A DNA stretch of 64,000 nt from Eledone cirrhosa (Eukaryota). The stretch is from contig OZ024761.1 in NCBI GenBank assembly GCA_964016885.1, forward strand, positions 9,796,001 through 9,860,000, read 5' to 3'. The notes beneath the pieces were generated by a model, which worked only from the letters and a program-made list of their open reading frames with translations, was not told where the DNA came from and ran no database searches. Positions 1-30,735 of this stretch are shown here, one piece after another (the stretch's first letter is position 1; every line of letters starts with the position of its first letter). The position numbers and the translations under genes were made by a program.

Positions 1-227
1 AGTGGTAGTGTTGGTGGTGGTGGTAGTGGTAGTGTTGGTGGTAGTGGTGGTAGTGTTGGTGGTAGTGGTGGTGGTAGTGGTGGTGGTAGTGGTGGTAGTG
101 TTGGTGGTGGTGGTGGTAGTGTTGGTGGTAGTGGTAGTGGTGGTAGTGGCAATGGTGGTGAAGGTGTCGGTGGTGTTGAATGTGTGCCCCCACCCCCCAC
201 CCCATCCAGCATATAAACACAACCAAC

Positions 228-17074
<16,847 letters not shown>

Positions 17075-17404
17075 TGCTGATGCCCTCAATAATTGGAGAC
17101 CTTCATGATGAACAACATCCTTGATATGTAACTCCTAAGTATAACATTAAGGACAGCACAGGACGGTAGAAATCGGCATTTCTGCGTGTAAAGAAAAAAA
17201 ATACAATAATAAAAGAAATAACAAAAAAACAGAAACAAAGGAAAATTCCCCAATAGGGGGAAGACTTCCAAGGATCACTCAGGGAGAAAGCCCATTAAAA
17301 AGCCATGGTGACCCTGACCACCAGGGCAATTGCCCTCTTCCAATCTACAGGTGTATACTCAGAGCAGGCCCATTCACTCGGGCCATGCTTGCCTCTCTAA
17401 CCCA

Positions 17405-18060
17405 TCAGAGGTGCATGTATAGTACATAGAATAATTGTTTCTACTTTTGGCACAAGGCCAGCAATTACCCCAGTGCATTACTGGTGCTTTATTTTATCGA
17501 CTCCGTAAGGATGAAAGGTAAAGTTAACCTTGGCAGCATTTGAACTCAGAACGTAAAGGGCCATAACACGATACTGTCAATCCACCACCCTTTAGTACAT
17601 AGCATAATGAACAAATATCAGGAAAGTAAACTTTGTATGAGTCATGATATACACACAGCCACACACACACACACACGTGCATGTGTATGGAGAGGGAATA
17701 TCAGGTGTAGTGTTGGTGAATTTGAGGAAGCACAGAGGTTTTGGGGGATGCAGTGTCCCGACAGCTAACAACTGATGCAGGGAGTTTGTTCCATGCTTCA
17801 GTGAATTTCAGGAAGCATCGAGGTTTTGAAGGATGCAGAGTCTTGACAGCTTACAACTGATGCAGGGAGTTTGTTCCATGCTTCAGTAAATTTCAGGAAG
17901 CATCGAGGTTTTGAAGGATGCAGAGTCCCAACAGCTAACAACTGATGCAGGGAGTTTGTTCCATGCTTCAGCAACTCTGAGTGTGAGAAAATGTTTTTGA
18001 AAGTCATGGGAGCTGTACTGTTTTCTGATTTTGTAAGCATGTCCATGGGCGTTAGACACA
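17405..18060 (-). mobile_element. CR1 3' fragment with internal tandem duplication and a nested SINE
   Basis: [12 protein letters not shown] segment present three times; SINE inserted at about 17431-17592. Confidence 0.75.
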
Positions 18061-18223
18061 TTCAATGTAACTAACATGCTTCTGCTGGACACCACCGGGT
18101 GGTGATAGCTACCAGTGCTTTGGCATTGTTACAGCTTATTTATAAACATACCGTATTTCTTTAGAAATACGAAATTCCAATACATATCTTTATACAGCTA
18201 AGCTCGAAGCTAAATTCTAATTC

Positions 18224-18258
<35 letters not shown>

Positions 18259-18730
18259 AATATACACAAACATATATACATACACACATATATATATATA
18301 TATTCATATACATATATACAAACATATATACATACATATATATACATTCATATACACATATATATATACATTCATATACACATATATATATATACATTCA
18401 TATACACATATATATATACATTAATATACACATATATATATACATTAATATACACATAGATATATATACATTCATATACACATATATATATATATACATT
18501 AATATACACATATATATACATTCATATACACATACATATATATATATATACATTCATATACACATACATATATATATACATTCATATACATATATACATT
18601 CATATACACACATATTCATATACACACATGCACACACATATATATACATTCATATACACATATAGATATATACATACATATACACACATATATATACATA
18701 CATATACACACACATATATATACATACATA

Positions 18731-18900
18731 TGTGGTGGCTGCCAACTCGTTTTCGAGTACGGCCACTACATTATATCCAAGTAGGAGAACCCCTACCGAT
18801 GCGCTGAACGAGTGTGACTTTTTAGTCCAGCCAGCGACTTGAAAACTCTGGTACAAACACTACACTTGTGACAATTATTGACACATAGTGCTAGGCCCAT
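18731..18900 (-). mobile_element. LINE 3' end fragment with terminal C2H2 zinc finger (second, RTE-like family)
   Basis: HKCSVCTRVFKSLAGLKSHTRSAHR* followed by a short 3' stem-loop (actcgaaaacgagt) and a microsatellite tail. Confidence 0.55.
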
Positions 18901-19556
18901 GGTACCATGTGACGACAAGTGCAGAGAGATCTCCAGATATAAAGCAATGCCTGTGCCGTGAAGCTTTTATAGTGAGCAAAGGCACTGCACAAAGCCAGTC
19001 CCACTCTCTTAACCAAGATGATATTTACCAAAAGAAGAACAAGTCAACATCATTGGATACCATCAGGGTTGCAGGTGTTATATCAGACATATATATATAC
19101 ACATATACATACATATACACACACATATATATATACATACATATACACACACATATATACATACATATACACACATACATATATACATACATATACACAC
19201 ACATACATACATACATATACACACACATACATATACACACATACATATATATACATACATATACACACACATACATATATATACACATACATATATATAT
19301 ATATACATACATTCACACACACATACATATATATACATACATATACACACACATACATATATATACACATATACATACTTATATATATATATACATATAC
19401 ATACTTATATATATATATACATATATATATATACATATACATATACATACATACACATATATATACATATACACATATATATATATACATATACATACAC
19501 ATATATATACACACATATACACACACACATATATATACATACATATACACACACAC

Positions 19557-19615
<59 letters not shown>

Positions 19616-20285
19616 ACGAAGGAGGTGTGGTAAGGAACCAGATGCACCATAACGCACCAGAGTACTCAATACTTAGGGTAGTAGAGTGGGTGATAGGAAA
19701 ATGTTTAACCCTAACACACAATAACACCACCACCCGTCCCCACCACACACATTAACACATACAAACATAATCACCCAGGTGATCAACCCCCGTTCAGGTG
19801 AACCTAAGAATCCCTATTATTCAAACGTCTACTCTTTTCCTTTTACGACATTTCGTGGTGGCATTTGAGGAAGATCTGACTACCACTTCTAGCAGGTCGA
19901 GTGACCACTGCCAACAAACACTATAAACGGGTGGGCGGTTGGGTAACTGGGGTGAGATTGCGATACTTAAAAAAACAAAAATGTCTATCATGCGACCGGC
20001 ACTGCGGCGAAGAGAAAATAGAATAACTATTAAAATGAGAAAATGGATTGATGCCAGCTTTTAAATTTGGAAAGTGTCTTTCTTTGAATGGAAGTCCTGC
20101 TCAGTATGGATACTGGCGGGAGTATAACCAAGCCGGTGACCACCCCTGGTGATATATACATTTTTTTTAAAATGTATATTTTTTTTTTTATTGCAGTACC
20201 ATAAAGTATCGCTAAATGCGGAAGGTTATTTTTATTGTGAAACAATTGTTATACACACACACACATATATATATATATATAATAT

Positions 20286-20322
<37 letters not shown>

Positions 20323-20546
20323 ATATACACACACACATTATATAATTTTATTGCTGTGTGTTAGACAACTTAGTTGCACACACACACACACAAATATATG
20401 TCGAAACGGTTTGAGCTCTGCCGTCGGGGTCATACTTTTTCCGTTTCGTCGGCTATTTCTATAGCCGTCGAAACGGCTCTACTACCCTAAGTATTGAGTA
20501 CTCTGGTGCGTTATAGTCCATCTGGTTCCTTACCACAACTCCTTCG

Positions 20547-20588
<42 letters not shown>

Positions 20589-20715
20589 TATATATACATA
20601 TATATATAATATATATACATATATATATAATATATATACATATATATATAATATATATACATATATATATAATATATATACATATATATATAATATATAT
20701 ACATATATATATAAT

Positions 20716-20746
<31 letters not shown>

Positions 20747-21323
20747 CATATATATAATATATATACATATATATATATATACACATATATATAATATATA
20801 TACATATATATATATATACACATATATATAATATATATACATATATATATATATACACATATATATAATATATATACATATATATATATATACACATATA
20901 TATAATATATATACATATATATATATATACACATATATATAATATATATACATATATATATACACATATATACACATATATATAATATATATACATATAT
21001 ATAATATATATACATATATATATATACACACATATATATATAATATATATACATATATATATATATACACACATATATATATAATATATATACATATATA
21101 TATAATATATATACATATATATATATACATATATATACATATATATATAATATATATACATATATATATATACATATATATATAATATACATATGGAAAG
21201 TTATATTTAAATTGTTGGGTTACAACTAGTAAATATTTATAACTGATATAAAAGCACTCAACAAGTATTTGGAGTATATTTACGATATTAAATAAATGGA
21301 AACTATATTTATAAAACCATATT

Positions 21324-21389
21324 TATTTCACTATATATATTTCAGGGATATCATATTAACAATATGTTATGCCTTCCTCAGACAAAATA
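21324..21389 (-). ncRNA. Hammerhead motif (left arm of fold-back element)
   Basis: Reverse complement of the 21512-21577 motif, CTGAGGA...GAAA tatata TA. Confidence 0.7.
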
Positions 21390-21511
21390 CAATATAGACA
21401 GTTTTATAGATAAATAGATTTGACATACCGACTGCCAAATCAACTTTTTCAAATACAAGTCGATGTTGAACGGTATGTCAAATCTATTTATCTATAAAAC
21501 TGTCTATATTG

Positions 21512-21577
21512 TATTTTGTCTGAGGAAGGCATAACATATTGTTAATATGATATCCCTGAAATATATATAATGAAATA
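21512..21577 (+). ncRNA. Hammerhead motif (right arm of fold-back element)
   Basis: tattttgt-CTGAGGA-agg.ata.catatt gtt aatatg.tat.cct-GAAA-tatata-TA-atgaaata. Confidence 0.72.
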
Positions 21578-21793
21578 AATATGGTTTTATAAATATAGTT
21601 TCCATTTATTTAATATCGTATAATATACATATATATATAATATACATATATATATAATATACATATATATATAATATACATATATATATAATATATATAC
21701 ACATATATTTATATATATATATATATAATATACATATATATATAATATACATATATATATAATATACATATATATATAATATATATACACATA

Positions 21794-21839
<46 letters not shown>

Positions 21840-21878
21840 ATTATACAATACTATTGCTGAGCGTCAGACAACTTAGTT

Positions 21879-21926
<48 letters not shown>

Positions 21927-22894
21927 TATATTATATACATATATATACACACACATTTATATAATTGTATTGGTGTGTATTAGACAACGCAGTTATACAC
22001 ACGCATATAAATACATATACACACACAATTATATAATTTTATTACTGTAGACAATTCAGTTACACACACACACACAGGTCGATTAAAGGAATCCCAGATG
22101 TGTATGGGAGGGATCATAATAAAAGACTAAAAACTAAATACCGCAAGGCATTGTTGTTGTTATTTAGACGAACGTCAGGGTTGGTCAAGCAGAACTATTA
22201 CCAAAAGAATTCCACCCATGACCTTCCCATCTCATATTCGGACATCAGTGTGTCTTGTTTATTTTACACCTCCGTCAGAACCCGGTCAAAAGCGCTCCAG
22301 CCATGACTTACCTCCGCTCCTGTCTTATATCCATGTTATCCCTATGTCTTATTTACACCTATGTCGGAACCTGGTCAAAAGCGTTCCAGCCATGACTTAC
22401 CTCCGCCCCTGTCTTATATTCAGACATCAGTTATATCTTGTGACTTATTTAGAGTAATGTCAAGCTTGCTCAAGCAGAACTGCCATTAAAAAACCCGTCC
22501 CAACAACGGACATTACCTCCCGTCTTATACCCAGGCATCGGTCTGTCTTGTGATCTATTTAAAGCTACGGCAGACCTGATCAAGCAGAACTATATTAAAA
22601 ACATGTCCCAGACATGACCATTACATCTTTTATTGAAGTATCGGCATGTCTGTTACTACGCTATACAAGGTACATGTAACTATGTTATAGAAAGTAGTCT
22701 AAAATATCAGCTTTTTTAGTTTCAGTTTCAGTTTCTGCTCCTTAAGATGGTTTGGCCGCTACTTCTAGCCGGTCGAGTGACTACATACAAGCTCTCCTCG
22801 TCGTCTCGTACCGCAAAGCGCTCTTTTATCCGCAACTGTACAAACCAATGATTCTATCTATAGCTGTTTAGCCCTAGGTCAAACATGATCTTAA

Positions 22895-23117
22895 ATAATA
22901 ATAACAATAATGAAAATTATTGTGTACAGTGCTCAGGTGCACTACAACTCATCAAAGGATAATGTACAAATGTCAGGAAAGTGAACAGTGTACGAGTCAT
23001 GATACACACACACACACACATGCATGTGTATGGAGGGGGAATATCAGGTGTGGTGTAGTGTTGACGAATTTCAGGAAGCACGGAAGTTTTGAAGGATGCA
23101 GTGTCCTGACAGCCAAC
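22895..23117 (-). mobile_element. CR1 3' UTR fragment
   Basis: Same 3' end (tgtacagtgctcaggtgcactacaactcatcaa). Confidence 0.7.
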
Positions 23118-24727
23118 AATGTCATTAATAAATTTCAAATACACTCACGCTTTGTCTCGGTTTTAGAGGCAACAATGTATATTTAATAGATATTAGATTA
23201 TTGATAATTTGAAACAACTAGAAAATACAAAATATAACCAGAACAGAATAGGCATTTTATGATTTCTATCGGTCCATGATGTCTCACAAAGGTACAGCCT
23301 GTCCTAGCCATGCTAGCGTGGAAAATGGGCGTTAAATGATGATGGTACATCAATATTACCACGACTGGGATTAATTTGGCATATCTATTGTTGAATTGCT
23401 TACTTTTAATGCTTGAATATGTTTTTAGTAATCATCATCATTTTATATACATTTGTCTATATTTAATCAGAGCTACATTTCTCCCAGACAGGCTAGTGGC
23501 TTTGCTTACATGACAGTTTTGATGTGGCCTTTACATCTGGATGCCCTTCTTAATTCAAACTATTTTAAAGAGTGTATACTTATCTCCTGTTGCTATCTTA
23601 AATTACTTTAATAATTTACAACAGACAGCTTCACTGTTGCTAGCACATAAATACTGTATCATGGATCATACTGACCCTTTTTGAAGTAAAAGCTACTCCT
23701 AGCATACATAATAAATTAAACATTGTATCCAACAAAATTAAGGATTTGTTCTTTAAAGCAAAAAAATAAACAAAGAAATCTCCAGGCTAGACATTTTAGA
23801 AGATATAGTCTTCTGTACTTACAGAAAACATGACTACCATCAGTAAACATTTTATAACAAAGGACTCCCTATTTTAACAGAGGAAAGAACTTTTAATTCT
23901 AATATAGATTCTGTTTTGTTGAACAGCCCTTTGGGGTTAAAGAAATGGATTCAGCGGACTATTTTAATAAGCAAGGTGTCTCGTTCTCAGGAAACCGGTA
24001 GGATTCTCGGTTGGAGTTTCGCTTGAAAAGTCTCACGTTTTGTAGTCGGGAGCTACGCCTGAGATATAATTGTTAGTACCCCCAGATCGTAGAAAATATA
24101 ACTAGTCCAAAGGGATCATAAACGATTCTTAACATAGGCACACAGCAACAATTTTGAGGAAGGTACAGTCGACTACACCCAGTAATTGACTGATACTTTT
24201 TACCGACTTTGGAAGGATGAAAGATAAATTCAACTTTAATAGGGATCGAATGCATTGCAACCGTGAAAATCTCGTGTTATAAGTGATGGAATGGCGGTAG
24301 TGTTATGCAAAAATGTGTTACCTAATGTATTCTTCACTTTTATTTATGTTTTTGTTTTCTTTTCAACCCAACAAGTATGCGAGTAGAGAAATGAAATTAG
24401 CTGTTATTTCTAGCAAGCAAGTGGAACGACCGCTTAGACGTTCCGTTGTTAGCAGTATCTATAATAGTTAGTTACACATAGCGGAGAGAATTAAATAGTA
24501 ATACAGTAGATACATACATTGTGGTAGAGAGCAGCAAGACGGTCCTAAACCTGTCCACTGTTCTTCGGTTAAGCATAAATTCTAGAAATAAATTGTTTGA
24601 ACAAGGAAAACACCATTAAAGTGTCCGTTGTTGTAACAAGACTTTTTTTTTCTACTGCAGGAAGAAGGGAAAAGGGGAGTAACTCTTATTCGCCTATTTT
24701 CTCCCCCTCTCTCTCTCTCTCTTTATA

Positions 24728-24800
<73 letters not shown>

Positions 24801-24828
24801 TTTTGATCCAGTCATTCGACTGAGGCCA

Positions 24829-24915
<87 letters not shown>

Positions 24916-25404
24916 TATATATATATACATATATACATATATACGTACATATTAGCTCAGCTAATAGTTTTTTTTTTAATTCAATGAGCTTTTAAAAGAC
25001 AAATAAATACCAAAAAACAAAATGGTGTAGGTCAGAACAAAGGAAAGACACAAAATAAAAACCTAGTCACTAAGGAGATCACAGTATGTGTGACGAAACA
25101 GCTTTGACGCTATATAAACAACCTTCCAGTTATCGAAAATACCATGTTATTATATACATAAGTTTCTATTTCTATAGGAAATAATATATTATCTGTAAAC
25201 GGTAACACTTGACATGAAGGCAGTGGTACTACAGTGGCTTGTACGACAATAGTCCTGTATTATATATTCATATTTTATCGTCTGCTTTTTTAATTGTTGC
25301 ATCTGTCATATGTTAACGTGTGTTTGATATATATGAGTGTGTATGTAAGTATGTATGTATGTATGTGTTATGTATGTAAGTATATATGTATATATATATA
25401 TTCA

Positions 25405-25480
25405 CAGGGTGTTCCCCAAAAATGTATACAGTCTTCAACAGCAAAGTAATCAAAGTATGTATATATTTTTGGGACACCCT
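25405..25480. mobile_element. Small Tc1/mariner-type MITE remnant
   Basis: cagggtgttccccaaaaatgtataca...tgtatatattttttgggacaccct terminal inverted repeats. Confidence 0.45.
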
Positions 25481-25489
25481 CCTCCTCCT

Positions 25490-25918
25490 CATCATCATCA
25501 TCATTTTACGTCCGCTTTTCCCTGCTTGCAAGGGTGGGACGGGTCCTATTCAGCACAGCATCTCTCCACTTGTCACGGTCCTTCGTCATCTCCACCGTGA
25601 GCTTCAGCGATCTGATGTCTGCTCTCACCACCTCCGACCATGTTTTTTGTGGTCTACCTCTACTGCGTCTTCCTTCTACTGGCATTTCTTTACCCAGTGG
25701 TCATCCTCCATGCGCATCACATGTCCATACCATCTCAGTCTTCTCTCCCGCACTCTACAACCTATCCCTCTTATACCCAGTTTCTCTCTCACCACCTCCG
25801 CCCATGTTTTTCGTGGTCTTCCTTCAACTGGCATTTCTTGGCACGTCTTCACCCATCGGTCATCCTCCATGCGCATCACATGTCCATACCATCGCAGTCT
25901 CCTCTCCCGCACACTACA
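25490..25918 (-). mobile_element. RTE LINE 3' fragment with internal duplication
   Basis: [17 protein letters not shown] present twice. Confidence 0.8.
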
Positions 25919-25999
25919 AGTTATATATATGTGTGTGTGTGTGTGTTTGCTTGCAAAAATTGAACAAAAATAACAAAGTAAACGACACCACCACCACCT

Positions 26000-26578
26000 G
26001 GCTCTTGGGTGGTAGCTTTAATCCATTGCTCAATTTAACACCACTACCCCTTGGTGGTAGACTTAATCCATCGCTCAATTTAACATACCTACCACTATCA
26101 TGGCCTTTGGTGGTAGACTTAATCCATCGCTCAATTTAACATACCTACCACTATCATGGCCTTTGGTGGTAGACTTAATCCATCGCTCAATTTAACATAC
26201 CTACCACTATCATGGCCTTTGGTGGTAGATTTAATCCATCGCTCAATTTAACATACCTACCACTATCATGGCCTTTGGTGGTAGATTTAATCTGTCGCTC
26301 AGTGTAACAGATCTACCGCCATCATGGCCTTTGGTGATAGATTTAATCTGTCGCTCAGTGTAACATCACTACTGCCATCATGGTCTTTGGTGGTAGACTT
26401 AATCCATTGCTCAGTTTAACATGCCTACCGCGATAATGGCCTTTGGTGGTAGACTTAATACATCGCTCAAACATACCTACCGCGTTATAGCCTTTGGTGG
26501 TAGACTTAATCCATCGTTCAATTTAACATACCTACCGCCATAATGACCTTTGGTGGTAGAATTAATCCATCGCTCAGT
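26000..26578. repeat. 56-bp minisatellite (about 10 units) with internal inverted repeat
   Basis: Unit ggcctttggtggtagacttaatccatcgctcaatttaacatacctaccactatcat. Confidence 0.9.
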
Positions 26579-26838
26579 CTAAAAACTCTTTGAAGGAACC
26601 CCCTTTTTAGCTGCTTGTATTTGCAATCATATTCATTCGGTCTTTACCCAAGATTCATAACCATAGACAGTGTCAGATTTAGGATAAATGAGGCCCTGTG
26701 CTAGTTAAGTTATGAGATCCCTTACTTAGGTCCTGAATGAGGTAACAAAATATTTTGGCAGGAAGATGCTCCTACATCCCACCCCTGGCCTATGGGGCTC
26801 TGTGCTTAAGCACAATGATAAATCCGGTTCTAATCATA

Positions 26839-26876
<38 letters not shown>

Positions 26877-27109
26877 CAAATATAGGCATAACACACTGAA
26901 TAGAAGATGGCGAGATTGGATCTTGCACCTACTTCACCTTCTTCTGGTGGCCAAGTGCTGACATTGGCACCAGCTCCTGCAACTCTTGCATTTCATTCAA
27001 CCTCCTCACTGCCAACATCCGTGTAACTCGTCAGGGCAGTTTAACCATTCTGTTAACAGACATTGAACATAGCAGGGAGATGAAGGAAGGAAGGAATAAC
27101 AAATAAATA

Positions 27110-27114
27110 GAGAT

Positions 27115-27185
<71 letters not shown>

Positions 27186-27580
27186 AAAAGAAAGAAAAGA
27201 AGGAAATAAAGAAAAGAAGGAAGGAAAGAAAGAAATAAAGAAAAGAAGGAAATAAAGAAGGTAGGAAGGAAAGAAATAAATAAAGAAAAGAAGGAAAGAA
27301 AGAAATAAAGAAAAGAAGGAAAGAAAGAAGATAGGAAAGAAAGAAAGAAGGTAGGAAAGAAAGAAAGAAGGTAGGAAGGAAAGAAGGGAAGAAAAGAAAG
27401 AAAGAAGGTAGGAAGGAAGGAAAGAAAGAAAGGAAATAAAGGAAAGAAAGAAAGAAAGACAGACAGACAGAAATAAAGAAGGAAAAAACAAAGAAAAAAA
27501 GAAAAGAAAGAAAAAAAGAAAGAAGGAAGGAAAGAAAGAAACAAAGAGAGAAAGAAAGATGGAAAGAAAGAAATAAAAGC
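27110..27580. repeat. (GAAA)n/(GGAA)n polypurine tract
   Basis: Direct reading. Confidence 0.9.
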
Positions 27581-27829
27581 CAGACACTTGAGCCAGTGTT
27601 ATATACCATTCAACTAATTAATGAGGACATGTATTCAATTAGTTAACGAGGTATGATGTAAAACATCTCGAATGGTCATACACCATTAAGTGAGGTGATA
27701 ACGAGGCTACGAAGGGGAGAGGGTAAGGGTGTGTGTTAGAGGGGGTGTGAGAGACAGGGTGTGAGAGAGAGGGTGTGAGAGAGTGTGTGTATTAGAGAGA
27801 TAGTGAGAGAGAGGGTGTGTTAGGGGGAG

Positions 27830-30735
27830 TAGTGGTAGTGGTAGTGGTGGTGTCCTTGTCTAGTGTGAAGAATGACCCAAGTGGTGGTGGTAGTAGAGGT
27901 AGTGGTAGTGGTGGTGTCCTTGTCTAGTGTGAAGAATGACCCAAGTGGTGGTGGTAGTAGAGGTAGTGGTAGTGGTGGTGTCCTTGTCTAGTGTGAAGAA
28001 TGACCCAAGTGGTGGTGGTAGTAGAGGTAGTGGTAGTGGTGGTGTCCTTGTCTAGTGTGAAGAATGACCCAAGTGGTGGTAGTAGTAGAGGTAGTGGTAG
28101 TGGTGGTGTCCTTGTCTAGTGTGAAGAATGACCCAAGTGGTGGTAGTAGAGGTAGTGGTAGTGGTGGTGTCCTTGTCTAGTGTGAAGAATGACCCAAGTG
28201 GTGGTGGTAGTAGAGGTAGTGGTGGTGTCCTTGTCTAGTGTGAAGAATGACCCAAGTGGTGGTAGTAGTAGAGGTAGTGGTAGTGGTGGTGTCCTTGTCT
28301 AGTGTGAAGAATGACCCAAGTGGTGGTAGTAGAGGTAGTGGTAGTGGTGGTGTCCTTGTCTAGTGTGAAGAATGACCCAAGTGGTGGTGGTAGTAGAGGT
28401 AGTGGTGGTGTCCTTGTCTAGTGTGAAGAATGACCCAAGTGGTGGTGGTAGTAGTGGTAGTGGTGGTGTCCTTGTCTAGTGTGAAGAATGACCCAAGTGG
28501 TGGTAGTAGTAGAGGTAGTGGTAGTGGTGGTGTCCTTGTCTAGTGTGAAGAATGACCCAAGTGGTGGTAGTAGTAGAGGTAGTGGTAGTGGTGGTGTCCT
28601 TGTCTAGTGTGAAGAATGACCCAAGTGGTGGTGGTAGTAGAGGTAGTGGTGGTGTCCTTGTCTAGTGTGAAGAATGACCCAAGTGGTGGTGGTAGTAGTG
28701 GTAGTGGTGGTGTCCTTGTCTAGTGTGAAGAATGACCCAAGTGGTGGTAGTAGTAGAGGTAGTGGTAGTGGTGGTGTCCTTGTCTAGTGTGAAGAATGAC
28801 CCAAGTGGTGGTGGTAGTAGAGGTAGTGGTGGTGTCCTTGTCTAGTGTGAAGAATGACCCAAGTGGTGGTGGTAGTAGAGGTAGTGGTGGTGTCCTTGTC
28901 TAGTGTGAAGAATGACCCAAGTGGTGGTGGTAGTAGAGGTAGTGGTAGTGGTGGTGTCCTTGTCTAGTGTGAAGAATGACCCAAGTGGTGGTGGTAGTAG
29001 AGGTAGTGGTGGTGTCCTTGTCTAGTGTGAAGAATGACCCAAGTGGTGGTAGTAGTAGAGGTAGTGGTAGTGGTGGTGTCCTTGTCTAGTGTGAAGAATG
29101 ACCCAAGTGGTGGTAGTAGAGGTAGTGGTAGTGGTGGTGTCCTTGTCTAGTGTGAAGAATGACCCAAGTGGTGGTGGTAGTAGAGGTAGTGGTGGTGTCC
29201 TTGTCTAGTGTGAAGAATGACCCAAGTGGTGGTGGTAGTAGTGGTAGTGGTGGTGTCCTTGTCTAGTGTGAAGAATGACCCAAGTGGTGGTAGTAGTAGA
29301 GGTAGTGGTAGTGGTGGTGTCCTTGTCTAGTGTGAAGAATGACCCAAGTGGTGGTAGTAGTAGAGGTAGTGGTAGTGGTGGTGTCCTTGTCTAGTGTGAA
29401 GAATGACCCAAGTGGTGGTGGTAGTAGAGGTAGTGGTGGTGTCCTTGTCTAGTGTGAAGAATGACCCAAGTGGTGGTGGTAGTAGTGGTAGTGGTGGTGT
29501 CCTTGTCTAGTGTGAAGAATGACCCAAGTGGTGGTAGTAGTAGAGGTAGTGGTAGTGGTGGTGTCCTTGTCTAGTGTGAAGAATGACCCAAGTGGTGGTG
29601 GTAGTAGAGGTAGTGGTGGTGTCCTTGTCTAGTGTGAAGAATGACCCAAGTGGTGGTGGTAGTAGAGGTAGTGGTGGTGTCCTTGTCTAGTGTGAAGAAT
29701 GACCCAAGTGGTGGTGGTAGTAGAGGTAGTGGTAGTGGTGGTGTCCTTGTCTAGTGTGAAGAATGACCCAAGTGGTGGTGGTAGTAGTGGTAGTGGTGGT
29801 GTCCTTGTCTAGTGTGAAGAATGACCCAAGTGGTGGTGGTAGTAGAGGTAGTGGTAGAGGTAGTGTCCTTGTCTAGTGTGAAGAATGACCCAAGTGGTGG
29901 TAGTAGTAGAGGTAGTGGTAGTGGTGGTGTCCTTGTCTAGTGTGAAGAATGACCCAAGTGGTGGTAGTAGTAGAGGTAGTGGTAGTGGTGGTGTCCTTGT
30001 CTAGTGTGAAGAATGACCCAAGTGGTGGTGGTAGTAGAGGTAGTGGTAGAGGTAGTGTCCTTGTCTAGTGTGAAGAATGACCCAAGTGGTGGTAGTAGTA
30101 GAGGTAGTGGTAGAGGTAGTGTCCTTGTCTAGTGTGAAGAATGACCCAAGTGGTGGTGGTAGTAGAGGTAGTGGTAGAGGTAGTGTCCTTGTCTAGTGTG
30201 AAGAATGACCCAAGTGTTGGTGGTAGTAGAGGTAGTGGTAGAGGTAGTGTCCTTGTCTAGTGTGAAGAATGACCCAAGTGGTGGTGGTAGTAGAGGTAGT
30301 GGTAGAGGTAGTTTCCTTGTCTAGTGTGAAGAATGACCCAAGTGGTGGTGGTAGTAGAGGTAGTGGTAGAGGTAGTGTCCTTGTCTAGTGTGAAGAATGA
30401 CCCAAGTGGTGGTGGTAGTAGAGGTAGTGGTAGAGGTAGTGTCCTTGTCTAGTGTGAAGAATGACCCAAGTGGTGGTAGTAGTAGAGGTAGTGGTAGAGG
30501 TAGTGTCCTTGTCTAGTGTGAAGAATGACCCAAGTGGTGGTGGTAGTAGAGGTAGTGGTGGTGGTGGTGTCCTTGTCTAGTGTGAAGAATGACCCAAGTG
30601 GTGGTGGTAGTAGTGGTAGTGGTAGTGGTGGTGTCCTTGTCTAGTGTGAAGAATGACCCAAGTGGTGGTGGTAGTAGAGGTAGTGGTAGTGGTGGTGGTA
30701 GTGTCCTTGTCTAGTGTGAAGAATGACCCAAGTGG
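27830..30735. repeat. Compound minisatellite: 31-bp constant core plus variable (GTG/GTA)n spacer, about 47 units
   Basis: Core gtgtccttgtctagtgtgaagaatgacccaa; units about 58-64 bp. Confidence 0.95.

Larger units (their letters stand above)
21192..21620 (-). mobile_element. Penelope-like pLTR fold-back element (150-bp inverted arms plus about 90-bp tail)
   Basis: Arms 21281-21430 and 21471-21620, a hammerhead in each arm, (TA)n flanks, near-identical to 51624-52082. Confidence 0.65.

Noticed and set aside
18731-19089. Solo LTR (TGT...ACA ends)
   Set aside because: The ends are explained by flanking microsatellite, and the interior encodes a LINE-type terminal zinc finger.
26890-27049. Cys-rich minus-strand frame with three in-frame TGA codons (possible selenoprotein)
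   Set aside because: No recognisable selenoprotein family motif, no SECIS seen and no linked exons; consistent with chance.
27830-30735. CRISPR array
   Set aside because: Spacers are recurring low-complexity triplet runs rather than unique sequences, there are no cas genes and the context is eukaryotic.
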